Shown piece after piece: positions 51,436-61,367 of a stretch of DNA of 64,000 nt. The DNA is from Flavobacteriales bacterium TMED96 (GTDB taxonomy: Bacteria > Bacteroidota > Bacteroidia > Flavobacteriales > Flavobacteriaceae), in contig NHEX02000054.1 of NCBI GenBank assembly GCA_002171475.2, forward strand, positions 5,535 to 69,534, written 5' to 3'. Position 1 is the first letter of the stretch. Each line of letters begins with the position of its first letter. The notes under the pieces were generated by a model. It was not told where the DNA came from. It made no database searches and saw nothing but the letters and a program-made list of their open reading frames with translations. The position numbers and the translations under genes were made by a program.

Positions 51436-52351
51436 TTAAAGAATTTTTCTTAAAAAAGTTTTACTTAATTCAAAGTCAGGATTTAAATCGAGAGATAATT
51501 TTATTAACCTAATTGATTCCTCGCGATTACCATTCAAAAAAGTTAGTTTAGACTTTAGATAATAAACCCATTCTAACGAATAAAGATTTTTCTTAATGCT
51601 AGAGGATTCCATATAAAAGTTTAAAGCGCACAAACCTGAATCAACTTCCTTTCCGAAAAAAGAAGTTATCTGAGAAATTTTAATAGGGAAATCATTTGAT
51701 TTTTTTGAAAAAAAAATTTTTAAATTCTCACTTTTACAAATCGATAGACTTGATAATTCCTCAAAAAAATTATTTAGATAAAGATTAGACATTTCTTTAT
51801 TTTCATTTTTAAAATAAATATTTGCCATTGACAAATACCCGTCTATTTTACTTATTTGAAGTAATCTTTCGGCTAGTTTTATTGCTTTCTTTTTATCACC
51901 ACCAAGAATTTTAGGGACGCTATAAAGTGCATCTATATAAGCTTCTAGGGTTGGGACGTGATTCGGATCTAAATCCAAAGCTTTTGAAAAACTTTCCAGC
52001 ATTTCATTTAAATAAATAATAGAAAAAAAATTTTTTTTTTTGTAAAGCAAGAATCCCATTTGTTCCTCCTATTTGATAAAGTAAATCTGGGTTTTCACCC
52101 TCAATTTCAATTTGCCGATTTAGCAATAATATAATTTTCTTCAAGTCTCTGTATTTTTTAGCTACTAAAATTTGTTTTTTAATGATATCTATTTCAGAAA
52201 CTTCTTCAGTTATCAACTTATCTAACTCTTGCTTATAGGTTTCATTATTTGTATTAGATATATTTTTTATAAAATTTAGATTTTCAAAAGGAGACTCTTT
52301 TTGACTGTATAGGTTTAAAAAAAATAGAAAAAAGAAAATATAATTAGTCAA
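51436..52351 (-). pseudogene. TPR-like repeat protein with signal peptide, split by a frame break in an A11/T8 run
   Basis: ORF 52004..52351 (...LLYQIGGTNGILALQKKK) and ORF 51436..52059 (...KKNFFSIIYLNEMLESFSKALDLDPNH...) overlap across the run at 52023-52041. Removing one A joins them into a protein of about 304 aa. Confidence 0.55.
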
Positions 52352-52352
52352 C

Positions 52353-53369
52353 TTAATCAGAATTTAAAACTTTCCATAACTCATCCTTAAGATTGTTTAA
52401 TCCTAGGTTGATCACTGAAGATATAGCCAAAACAGAAATCGAATTAAAATCTTTATTTACTTTATCTAAAAAAAGACTTCTTTTTGAAACTTCAATAAGA
52501 TCGATTTTTGATATAACAACAATAAATTTTTTATCTAATAATTCTGGATTAAACTTTAACATTTCTTCTTTAAGAATCAAAAACCTTTTATAAATATCAT
52601 GCTCAGCAGATATTAGAAAAAGTAGAATTGAATTTCTCTCAACGTGTCTCAAAAAATAATGCCCTAAACCTCTCCCAGAAGACGCTCCTTCTATTATTCC
52701 TGGAATATCAGCAACAACAAATGTTTTAAAATCTTTGTATTCAACTATTCCTAAGTTTGGTTTTAAAGTAGTGAACTCATAATCACCAATCTTTGGTTTT
52801 GCAGATGTAATTGAAGCTAACAAAGTTGATTTTCCAGCATTTGGAAAACCTACTAACCCAACGTCAGCTAATATTTTTAATTCCAAAGTGATGACCATTT
52901 CCTCACCTGGAATTCCATTCTGAGAGTATCGTGGAGTTCTATTAGTTGGAGACTTAAAATAACAGTTACCTCTTCCTCCAAGTCCTCCACGAAGCAAAAC
53001 AATTTCTTTATTATTCTCTGTGATCTCAGCTAAAGTTTTATCAGTTTTTTTTTCAAGAATCGTTGTTCCTAACGGAACTTTTATTATAATATTTTGTCCT
53101 TTTTTACCACTTCTGTTATTTCGGCCTCCATCACCACCATTTCCGGCTTTGAAATGTTTTTTAAATTTAAATGTATATAGTGTCCAAATGTTTGCGTCAC
53201 CTTGAAATACTATATCTCCACCATTTCCTCCATCACCCCCGTCAGGACCACCTTTAGTTACAAATTTTTCTCTTCTTAAATGTGAAGACCCTCTTCCACC
53301 ATTACCTGATCTAACATTTAAACTTACATAATCGACAAAATTGTCTTCTGTCATTTTATTTATTTTCAA
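52353..53369 (-). CDS. obg: GTPase Obg/CgtA
   Basis: 338 aa. It has a Gly-rich Obg fold (GNGGRGS, GGPDGGDGGNGG) and G motifs GFPNAGKST and DIPG. The start may be the ATG at 53354 (MTEDNFVDY). Confidence 0.95.
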   Translation of the reverse strand: MKINKMTEDNFVDYVSLNVRSGNGGRGSSHLRREKFVTKGGPDGGDGGNGGDIVFQGDANIWTLYTFKFKKHFKAGNGGDGGRNNRSGKKGQNIIIKVPLGTTILEKKTDKTLAEITENNKEIVLLRGGLGGRGNCYFKSPTNRTPRYSQNGIPGEEMVITLELKILADVGLVGFPNAGKSTLLASITSAKPKIGDYEFTTLKPNLGIVEYKDFKTFVVADIPGIIEGASSGRGLGHYFLRHVERNSILLFLISAEHDIYKRFLILKEEMLKFNPELLDKKFIVVISKIDLIEVSKRSLFLDKVNKDFNSISVLAISSVINLGLNNLKDELWKVLNSD

Positions 53370-53928
53370 TTATTGAAATAAGTCTTTTAGAAATAACTTT
53401 AATATCTCCAACTCCGTTAATCGAAAAAAATTTATTTTGTTTTGAATAAAATTCTTTTAATGGGAATGTCTTATCAGTGTACTCTTTAAACCTATTCAAA
53501 ATTTTCTCTTTATCCGTGTCATCACTCCTTCCACTAGTTTCACCCCTTTTTAACAGTCTTAGAAGCAAAATTTCGTCTTCTGCTTCAAGCGCAATAGTAA
53601 AGCTTATTTTCATTGATAAAAACTTTAAAAATTCATCTAGTTTTTTTGCTTGATTAATTGTTCTAGGAAAGCCATCAAAAATAAAACCATTTGTTTTTTT
53701 GTGTTTTTTCACTTCATTTTCTAAAATCTCTATTGTTAATTTATCTGGAACTAAATCTCCATTTTCTAGAATAGAAGTCACTTTTAATCCCAAAGAGGTT
53801 TTATTTACTATATGATGCCTAAATAAATCCCCCGTAGAAATATGGGTTAAATTATATTTGGATTTTAAAAATTCTGCTTGAGTCCCTTTGCCTGCACCAG
53901 GTTTGCCAAAAATAACAATATTTAACAT
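53356..53928 (-). CDS. adk: adenylate kinase (short, lid without zinc ligands)
   Basis: 190 aa, containing IFGKPGAGKGTQA and DGFPRT. Confidence 0.95.
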   Translation of the reverse strand: MLNIVIFGKPGAGKGTQAEFLKSKYNLTHISTGDLFRHHIVNKTSLGLKVTSILENGDLVPDKLTIEILENEVKKHKKTNGFIFDGFPRTINQAKKLDEFLKFLSMKISFTIALEAEDEILLLRLLKRGETSGRSDDTDKEKILNRFKEYTDKTFPLKEFYSKQNKFFSINGVGDIKVISKRLISIIENK

Positions 53929-53975
53929 TTATTAATTTTTTATTATTTTAAATATACCCAAAATTGAAGATAGTT

Positions 53976-54008
53976 TTTGTTAAATATAGGTCTATATCCC
54001 TATTTTTG
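53976..54008 (+). promoter_or_regulatory. Bacteroidota-type promoter for purK-purE (-33 TTTG, 21-nt spacer, -7 TATTTTTG)
   Basis: TTTG at 53976-79, then a 21-nt spacer, then TATTTTTG at 54001-08. The box ends 3 nt before the ATG at 54012 and 9 nt before the ATG at 54018. This implies a near-leaderless transcript and favours the 54018 start. Confidence 0.5.
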
Positions 54009-54011
54009 TAT

Positions 54012-55172
54012 ATGAATATGAAAACTAATTTTCTAAAGAAAAAACTTGGTATATTAGGAGGAGGACAACTGGGAAAAATGTTAATAAATGTTGCTAGAAA
54101 ATGGAGTATAGAAACATATATTTTAGATCCCAACCCAGATTGTCCATCTTCAAAGTGTTGTGATTTGTTTTTCAATGGGGACTTCAATAGTTATGAGGAG
54201 GTTTATAATTTTGGAAAGAAAGTGGACATTATCACAATTGAAATTGAACATGTTAATGTAAAAGCACTTTATAGGCTTGAAGATGAAGGTGTTGCTGTTT
54301 ATCCGAGTCCGTCAAATATAGAATTGATCCAAAATAAAGGAGTCCAAAAAGATTTTTTTAAAAAAAATAAAATTCCAACATCAAATTATAAAAGATTTGA
54401 TGATAAAAAAACCTTGTCTAAATATATATCTAGAATTGAATCTAGTTATCCATTTATATGGAAATCTGAGACCATGGGTTACGATGGTAAAGGTGTTAAA
54501 TTAGTTAAATCTTTATCTGATTTAGATGAAATTAACGAAAACAGCTGTGTGATTGAGGATGTTGTTGACATTAAGCATGAGTTGGCTGTTTTAGTTGCTC
54601 GAAATAGTTCCGGTGAAAGCAAATCTTTTCCTGTTTTGGAAATGGAATTTAATCAGAAATCAAACCAGGTAGAATACGTTATTCTTCCATCAAGAATTTC
54701 CAAAAAAATAAAACTTAAGTCTTTGAAAATTGCAGAGTTAGTATCTAAGTCACTAAATCACGTAGGATTAATTGCTGTTGAGTTGTTTTGTACCCATAAT
54801 GATGATGTTTTGGTTAATGAAATTGCACCAAGAGTTCACAACAGTGGACATTTGACAATTGAATCTTGTATCACAAGCCAATTTGAACAACATATAAGAG
54901 CAATTTATGATATGTCTCTAGGAAGCGTTAATCAAATTTTGCCAGGTGTTATGGTAAATCTTGTTGGAGAAAATAACCATAACGGTGAAGCTTTCTATCG
55001 TAATATTGATAAAGCTTTTGACTTAGAGGGAGTTTTTCCTCACCTTTATGGAAAGAAAATAACAAAACCTAACAGAAAAATGGGACATATAACTATTATA
55101 GATGAAAAATTAGAAAAGGCTATCTCAAAAGCAAGAGTTTTAAAAAATAAAATAAAAATAATATCTACATAA
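54012..55172 (+). CDS. purK: N5-carboxyaminoimidazole ribonucleotide synthase
   Basis: ATP-grasp fold, containing [12 protein letters not shown] and [12 protein letters not shown]. The ORF opens at 53964; the real start is likely 54012 or 54018. Confidence 0.9.
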   Translation: MNMKTNFLKKKLGILGGGQLGKMLINVARKWSIETYILDPNPDCPSSKCCDLFFNGDFNSYEEVYNFGKKVDIITIEIEHVNVKALYRLEDEGVAVYPSPSNIELIQNKGVQKDFFKKNKIPTSNYKRFDDKKTLSKYISRIESSYPFIWKSETMGYDGKGVKLVKSLSDLDEINENSCVIEDVVDIKHELAVLVARNSSGESKSFPVLEMEFNQKSNQVEYVILPSRISKKIKLKSLKIAELVSKSLNHVGLIAVELFCTHNDDVLVNEIAPRVHNSGHLTIESCITSQFEQHIRAIYDMSLGSVNQILPGVMVNLVGENNHNGEAFYRNIDKAFDLEGVFPHLYGKKITKPNRKMGHITIIDEKLEKAISKARVLKNKIKIIST

Positions 55173-55657
55173 TGAAAAAAATTGGAATAATTATGGGAAG
55201 TGAATCTGACCTACCAGTGATGAATGAAGCATCTAAATTTTTGGATGAAATGAATTTGAGTTACGATATAGACATTGTCTCTGCACACAGAACCCCAAAA
55301 AAAATGTTCGCTTATGCCGAAAATGCAGTTAAAAACGGAATAAATGTAATAATTGCAGGTGCTGGTGGTGCAGCCCATTTACCAGGCATGGTAGCATCTC
55401 TTACTCCTATTCCAGTAATTGGAGTGCCTATTAAATCAATAAACTCAATTGATGGTTGGGACTCGGTTTTGTCTATTTTGCAAATGCCTGGTGGAGTTCC
55501 TGTTGCTACTGTAGCCCTAAATGGGGCAAAGAATGCTGCTATACTGGCAGCCCAAATTATTGGATCTTTTGACAAGGAAACCCAACTAAAAGTTCTCAAA
55601 TACAAAGAATTAAACGAAAAAAAAGTACTTAAATCTTCTGAAAAGCATAAAAAATAA
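55172..55657 (+). CDS. purE: N5-carboxyaminoimidazole ribonucleotide mutase
   Basis: 161 aa, containing [18 protein letters not shown] and [10 protein letters not shown]. Its start overlaps the purK stop by 1 nt. Confidence 0.95.
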   Translation: MKKIGIIMGSESDLPVMNEASKFLDEMNLSYDIDIVSAHRTPKKMFAYAENAVKNGINVIIAGAGGAAHLPGMVASLTPIPVIGVPIKSINSIDGWDSVLSILQMPGGVPVATVALNGAKNAAILAAQIIGSFDKETQLKVLKYKELNEKKVLKSSEKHKK

Positions 55658-55669
55658 CTAACTGAATTT

Positions 55670-56479
55670 CTAGAAAAAGTCAATAAATAAATTGAATCTT
55701 AAAATTAAAAAAGGCAATATTGGTAGGGCTTCTGCCCATAATCTTGTAAAATAAAAATGTGATTTTGGTTTGACTGTTAAAATTAAAATTTGGGATAACA
55801 GCGACATAGTTAATATTGATATCACATAAAGTGAAGAATCTTTGAAACCTTGAAGAAGAAAATAAAGGCTAACATATATAAAAAAAATTGCTACTATTCT
55901 CGTAGCTTTTATCCCGTATATATTTGGAAATGACATTTGGAATGAGGAATCTTCATCATAATCATTTATTTCAAATAATAAACAAATCGATATTATAAAA
56001 AATAATCTTTCAAAAAAGTGAAAAACTTCAAATTTTGTGATTTTTGGAAGATTAGGATTTAAAAAAATACAGGTCAGTAGTGCCCAACAAATTGAAATAG
56101 TTAGAATTTTTATTATAGGATTTTTTCTTAGTGACTTATTTGAAAAGTATGGGTTTCTATAAAAAAAACTTAAACATGTCAATAACACTATTAAAAACAT
56201 ATTTATTAAATCAAGATAAAAAAAGTAAATACTTGTATATAAAATTCCAATAAAATACATAGAACAAAAGAATAGATTTAATTGTTTTTTTGAAATTGGT
56301 AATTTTTTTTTGAGATAGCCATATGCCAAAAAAGTTAAAAAAAACAATAACACATATTCTTTAAATGTTTTTTGTTTTTCTATATAAATATTAGTCAATT
56401 CAAAATAAAAAACTAGCATTAATGAAACATGATAATTTTGATTTACGTAAGCTGAAATTATTTTTCGAACTTGTTTCAA
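55670..56479 (-). CDS. polytopic membrane protein, distantly UbiA-prenyltransferase-like
   Basis: 269 aa with about 8 TM segments. Only the second Asp-rich loop is recognisable (EINDYDEDSSFQMSFPNIYG). No N-terminal NDxxDxxxD motif was seen. Confidence 0.4.
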   Translation of the reverse strand: MKQVRKIISAYVNQNYHVSLMLVFYFELTNIYIEKQKTFKEYVLLFFLTFLAYGYLKKKLPISKKQLNLFFCSMYFIGILYTSIYFFYLDLINMFLIVLLTCLSFFYRNPYFSNKSLRKNPIIKILTISICWALLTCIFLNPNLPKITKFEVFHFFERLFFIISICLLFEINDYDEDSSFQMSFPNIYGIKATRIVAIFFIYVSLYFLLQGFKDSSLYVISILTMSLLSQILILTVKPKSHFYFTRLWAEALPILPFLILRFNLFIDFF

Positions 56480-56591
56480 ACGCTTTTTATTTTAATAATG
56501 TTCATAAAAAATTGATTTAGGTTGAAAACTTCTCTTCTATTTTAACAAATACGTTTTAGATAATTTAACAATTAATTTAATTTTACATATA

Positions 56592-59441
56592 ATGTATTCA
56601 AACAGACACATCGGGCCCAATGAAAAGGAAATAAAAAAAATGCTCAGTAAACTGGGCCTTAGTTCGGTAAAAGAGCTAATTTATGAAACTATCCCGAACG
56701 ATATACTTTTAAAAAAAGAATTAAAATTAGATGATGCTATTTCTGAGGATGAATTTAATAATTTAATAAGGTCATTATCAAAAAAAAATAAACTTTTCAA
56801 GAATTACATTGGTTTAGGATATCATCCATCCTTAATGCCAGCCGTAATTCAAAGAAATATTTTAGAAAATCCAGGGTGGTATACTGCATATACACCCTAC
56901 CAAGCTGAGATAGCACAAGGTCGTCTTGAAGCTTTGTTTAATTTTCAGTCTCTAGTATGTGACCTTACTGGGATGAAAATTTCTAATGCTTCACTACTGG
57001 ATGAGGGTACAGCTGCAGCTGAGGCAATGAGTATGTTCTTTTCAACTCGAAATTCAGAAAAAATTAAAAAAAAATGTATTGACTTTTTTGTAGATAAAAA
57101 TACTTTCCCGCAAACGATTTCCGTAATGAAAACCAGAGCAAAACCTTTGGGAATCAAGGTACATATTGGTGATCCAAAAAATTTTAAGAACGGAGAGTCC
57201 TTTTTTGGAGCTTTTTTTCAATACCAGGGAAAATCAGGTAACATTTTAAATATATCTGAAATTTTATCTGGAATAGAAATTCCAATCGTGATAGGTTCAG
57301 ACTTGTTAGCCCTCACCTTACTTGAGGCTCCAGGAAAATTCAATGTTGATGCTGTTGTTGGAACCTCTCAAAGATTTGGAATACCACTAGGGTATGGTGG
57401 CCCGCATGCAGCCTTCTTTGCAACAAAAGAAATGTACAAAAGAAACATTCCTGGCAGAATAATAGGACGAACTGTAGATATAGATGGTAATCCAGCTCTT
57501 AGGATGGCATTGCAAACACGTGAGCAACATATTAAAAGAGGAAGAGCTACATCTAATATCTGTACAGCACAAGTTTTATTGGCAGTTATGGCTGGGATGT
57601 ATGCTGTTTATCACGGGCCAAAAGGATTAAAAAAAATTGCCCTAGATATACATCACAAAGCAAAAAAACTTGATCAACTTTTAAATAATTTAAATTTAAA
57701 GCAGTTGAACGAATTCTATTTTGATACAATACTTATTAAAGTAAACTCAAAAAAAATAAAAAAAATTGCTGAAAAGAAAGGGATTAATTTCAACTATCCT
57801 GACAATAATCACGTTTCCATATCTATAAATGAAACTACAAGCGAAAGAGATTTGAATGAAATTATCAATGTTTTTGAAGACTATATTGGAGTTAAAATAA
57901 AATCAAATCAAATTAATGCAAAAGATTTAATTCCACTTGGGATCAAAAGAGAGAGTCTCTTTTTAACAAATAAAATTTTTAATTCATATCAGTCAGAAAC
58001 ATCAATGATGAGATATATTAAATCCTTGGAGCGAAAAGATTTAGCGCTCAATCATTCGATGATATCTCTTGGCTCCTGTACTATGAAATTAAATAGTGCC
58101 AACCTAATGATACCCTTAAGTTTTCCAGAATGGGGAAATATTCACCCTTTCTCGCCAATAAATCAGGCTGAGGGATATCAACAGGTATTGAGTTCTTTAA
58201 AAGAAATGCTGAACGAAATTACTGGTTTTTCATCTACATCATTACAACCAAATTCTGGAGCACAAGGAGAATTTTCAGGTTTAATGGTTATTAGAGCTTA
58301 CCATATTTCCAATGGTGAAAAACATAGAAACATTTGTATAATACCTTCTTCTGCCCATGGAACCAATCCAGCTTCAGCTGTCATGGCAGGGATGAAAGTT
58401 GTTGTTACTGGAACTGATAATAATGGAAATATTGATTTTGAAGAGCTAAAGCAACATGTTTTAGATCATGCTGATAATTTAGCTGCCTTAATGATAACCT
58501 ATCCCTCTACATATGGTGTTTTTGAGTCAAACATAAAAAGTATCACCAAATTAATTCATGAAAACGGAGGTCAAGTTTATATGGATGGGGCCAATATGAA
58601 TGCTCAAGTCGGATTAACTAGTCCTAAAGAAATAGGTGCTGACGTTTGTCACTTAAACCTACACAAAACATTTGCTATACCACATGGTGGAGGCGGTCCA
58701 GGTGTAGGACCAATTTCCGTAGCTAAACATCTTGAGGACTTTTTACCATCAAATCCAATTGTTAAAACTGGGGGGGATAGACCAATTGAGTCAATTTCAT
58801 CTGCTCCTTGGGGATCTGCTTTGGCTTGCATAATATCTTACGGATATATTAAATTATTAGGTTACTCCGGTTTAAGGAAATCTACTGAAGTAGCTATATT
58901 AAGTGCTAATTACATCAAAGAAAGACTAGACGGTGCTTTTCCAATACTGTATGTAGGAGATAAAGGTCGTTCAGCCCATGAACTAATTATAGACTTACGT
59001 GGATTTAAAGAAAAGAATATCGAAGTAGTTGATTTAGCAAAGAGACTTATGGACTACGGTTTTCACGCTCCAACCGTTTCCTTTCCTGTGCCGGGTACAA
59101 TGATGATTGAACCAACAGAAAGTGAAAATCTAGAAGAAATAGATAGATTTTGTGATGCTATGATTTCAATAGCAGCGGAAATTTCGGAAATGGATTACCA
59201 CGATGAAAATAGTGTTCTAAAAAATGCACCTCACACCGAATTAATAGCAACAGGAGATAAATGGCCCTTTAAATACAGTAGAAAAAAAGCTTTGTATCCT
59301 TTAAAATATCTTACATACAATAAATTTTGGCCTACAGTAAGGAGAGTTGATGAAGCTTTTGGGGATCGTAACTTAGTATGTAGTTGTATGAGCACAAGTG
59401 AATTCAAAAAAGCATATAAATCAATAGAAAACGAAAAATAA
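56592..59441 (+). CDS. gcvP: glycine dehydrogenase (decarboxylating), glycine-cleavage P protein
   Basis: 949 aa single-chain P protein with the PLP-lysine context CHLNLHKTFAIPHGGGGPG. Confidence 0.95.
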   Translation: MYSNRHIGPNEKEIKKMLSKLGLSSVKELIYETIPNDILLKKELKLDDAISEDEFNNLIRSLSKKNKLFKNYIGLGYHPSLMPAVIQRNILENPGWYTAYTPYQAEIAQGRLEALFNFQSLVCDLTGMKISNASLLDEGTAAAEAMSMFFSTRNSEKIKKKCIDFFVDKNTFPQTISVMKTRAKPLGIKVHIGDPKNFKNGESFFGAFFQYQGKSGNILNISEILSGIEIPIVIGSDLLALTLLEAPGKFNVDAVVGTSQRFGIPLGYGGPHAAFFATKEMYKRNIPGRIIGRTVDIDGNPALRMALQTREQHIKRGRATSNICTAQVLLAVMAGMYAVYHGPKGLKKIALDIHHKAKKLDQLLNNLNLKQLNEFYFDTILIKVNSKKIKKIAEKKGINFNYPDNNHVSISINETTSERDLNEIINVFEDYIGVKIKSNQINAKDLIPLGIKRESLFLTNKIFNSYQSETSMMRYIKSLERKDLALNHSMISLGSCTMKLNSANLMIPLSFPEWGNIHPFSPINQAEGYQQVLSSLKEMLNEITGFSSTSLQPNSGAQGEFSGLMVIRAYHISNGEKHRNICIIPSSAHGTNPASAVMAGMKVVVTGTDNNGNIDFEELKQHVLDHADNLAALMITYPSTYGVFESNIKSITKLIHENGGQVYMDGANMNAQVGLTSPKEIGADVCHLNLHKTFAIPHGGGGPGVGPISVAKHLEDFLPSNPIVKTGGDRPIESISSAPWGSALACIISYGYIKLLGYSGLRKSTEVAILSANYIKERLDGAFPILYVGDKGRSAHELIIDLRGFKEKNIEVVDLAKRLMDYGFHAPTVSFPVPGTMMIEPTESENLEEIDRFCDAMISIAAEISEMDYHDENSVLKNAPHTELIATGDKWPFKYSRKKALYPLKYLTYNKFWPTVRRVDEAFGDRNLVCSCMSTSEFKKAYKSIENEK

Positions 59442-59542
59442 GTTTTTTTAAAATTTCAATTTTTTATATTTGAAAATCGTTCAAAATTTTAAGAGCTTAA
59501 TATTATTTAAGAATAACAATTTTAAATTTGTTTTAAAATTCC

Positions 59543-60598
59543 ATGGGAGCAATTATATCAAAAACCGGATGTTATATTCCTAATTTTGCTGTTAGAAATG
59601 ATGAATTTTTAGACAATTCATTTCTGGATAATGATGGTAATCCTTTTTTTAAAAAAAATCATGAAATTATTGAAAAGTTCTCTTCTATTACAGGTATCAA
59701 GGAGAGAAGATATGCAGAAAGAAATCATAACACATCTGATTTAGCTACTTTTGCGGCTCTTAAAGCTTTAGAAGCCAACGAAGAGGATAAAGAATCTATT
59801 GACTATTTAATTTTTTCCCATAATTTTGGTGACACAGATTTTGGTTCAAAACAATCTGGTTTAATGCCCAGTCTTGCCTCAAAAGTAAAATCGAATTTGA
59901 ATATAAAAAATCCTAATTGTGTTGCTTATGATCTTATTTTTGGGTGTCCTGGATGGCTTGAGGGACTAATACAGGCTTATAATTTTATTAATGCAGGAGC
60001 GGCTGATAAATGTTTGGTAATTGGTGCCGAAACGTTATCAAGAGTTGTTGACAAAGTTGACAGAGATTCGATGATTTTTTCCGATGGTGCAGGTGCAGTT
60101 ATAGTCGAAAAAAGTGATTCTGAAAATGGAGTTATTGCATATAAATCTGTTACTTACACAGACAATAACGAGATAGATATTTTAAATTTTGAACGTTCTT
60201 ATGATTCAAAAGATGAAAATAAATATATAAAAATGAAGGGCAGAAAAGTTTATGAATTTGCTCTAAAAAAGGTTCCTGATGCTATGAAAGAGTGTATAGA
60301 TAAAGCTAACGTAAATATCGATGATATTAAAAAAATTTTTATACATCAAGCTAACATGAAAATGGATGATGCAATTGTTAAAAGGCTCTATAGGCTTTAC
60401 AACAAGGAAATTCCAAAAAATATTTTACCGATGAACATCCAATCTTTAGGTAATAGTTCTGTAGCAACAATTCCGACACTATTCGATCAAGTCTTAAAGG
60501 GAAAAATTATGAATCATAAGTTAAATAAAAACGATTTAATAGTTTTTGCAAGTGTAGGTGCAGGTATGAACGTAAATGCAATGGTTTACAAAATTTAA
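59543..60598 (+). CDS. 3-oxoacyl-ACP synthase III family protein (long FabH-like form)
   Basis: 351 aa with a Cys-His-Asn triad in the contexts FGCPGW, IHQANMKM and GNSSVATIP. Confidence 0.85.
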   Translation: MGAIISKTGCYIPNFAVRNDEFLDNSFLDNDGNPFFKKNHEIIEKFSSITGIKERRYAERNHNTSDLATFAALKALEANEEDKESIDYLIFSHNFGDTDFGSKQSGLMPSLASKVKSNLNIKNPNCVAYDLIFGCPGWLEGLIQAYNFINAGAADKCLVIGAETLSRVVDKVDRDSMIFSDGAGAVIVEKSDSENGVIAYKSVTYTDNNEIDILNFERSYDSKDENKYIKMKGRKVYEFALKKVPDAMKECIDKANVNIDDIKKIFIHQANMKMDDAIVKRLYRLYNKEIPKNILPMNIQSLGNSSVATIPTLFDQVLKGKIMNHKLNKNDLIVFASVGAGMNVNAMVYKI

Positions 60599-60626
60599 AT
60601 ATAACTTTACTGTAATAATTTTTCTG

Positions 60627-61367
60627 ATGATTAAATTCATTGAACATGTTGGTAGGTACTTTATAATGCTCCAAAAGATGTTGGAAAAGTTTACAAAATT
60701 TGATGTCTTATGGAAATTGATTCTAAGAGAAATAGATGACTTGATAATTGGTTCTTTGGGTATTGTTTCATTAATATCTTTTTTTGTTGGAGGAGTTGTC
60801 GCAATTCAAACTGCTATAAATATGGAAAACCCACTACTGCCAAGATATTTAGTCGGTTTTGCAACAAGACAAACTATGATTTTAGAATTTGCACCTACAT
60901 TTATATCTATAATCATGGCCGGGAAAGTTGGATCATTTATTACATCTTCAATCGGAACAATGAGAGTAACAGAACAAATAGATGCTTTAGAGGTCATGGG
61001 TGTAAACACATACAACTATTTAATCTTCCCTAAAGTTGTAGCAATGACTATTTATCCATTTATAATTGTAATTTCAATGTTTCTTGGGATTTTTGGCGGG
61101 TATTTTGCTTGTGTTACTGGAGGATTTACTACCCACACTGATTTTATTGACGGTTTACAGCTTGACTTTGTTCCATTTCATCTTAATTATGCTTTCATAA
61201 AGACATTTTTATTTGCAATGATTTTAGCCACTATCCCTTCTTATCATGGATTTTTTATGAAAGGTGGAGCTTTAGAGGTTGGTAAGGCGAGTACAACTTC
61301 ATTCGTATGGACAAGTGTTGCGATTATCATAATGAATTCTTTTGTCACAAACTTATTACTCACATAA
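60627..61367 (+). CDS. mlaE: MlaE-family ABC transporter permease
   Basis: The ORF opens at 60576. The ATG at 60627 (MIKFIEHVGRYF) lies after the fabH-like stop. The protein has the MlaE pattern (RVTEQIDALEVMGVN) and about 5 TM segments. Confidence 0.85.
   Translation: MIKFIEHVGRYFIMLQKMLEKFTKFDVLWKLILREIDDLIIGSLGIVSLISFFVGGVVAIQTAINMENPLLPRYLVGFATRQTMILEFAPTFISIIMAGKVGSFITSSIGTMRVTEQIDALEVMGVNTYNYLIFPKVVAMTIYPFIIVISMFLGIFGGYFACVTGGFTTHTDFIDGLQLDFVPFHLNYAFIKTFLFAMILATIPSYHGFFMKGGALEVGKASTTSFVWTSVAIIIMNSFVTNLLLT

Noticed and set aside
53948-54187. 79-aa minus-strand ORF between adk and purK
   Set aside because: It overlaps the purK promoter and the conserved purK N-terminus in antisense, and it has no homology signal.
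55312-55683. 123-aa minus-strand ORF, together with the many other 60-130-aa ORFs nested antisense in long genes (for example 1930..2133, 6120..6341, 16365..16595, 25388..25768, 27051..27263, 34691..35023, 39203..39517, 43815..44093, 50754..51062, 58649..58831)
   Set aside because: All lie entirely within strongly supported conserved genes on the opposite strand. They have skewed, low-complexity composition (rich in F, I, L, S and P), as expected from reading AT-rich codons backwards.
56480-56591. Possible glycine riboswitch upstream of gcvP
   Set aside because: None of the conserved glycine-aptamer blocks (GGAGAG ... CACCG / CUCUGGAGAG-type cores) are present on the plus strand. The region is almost pure A/T.
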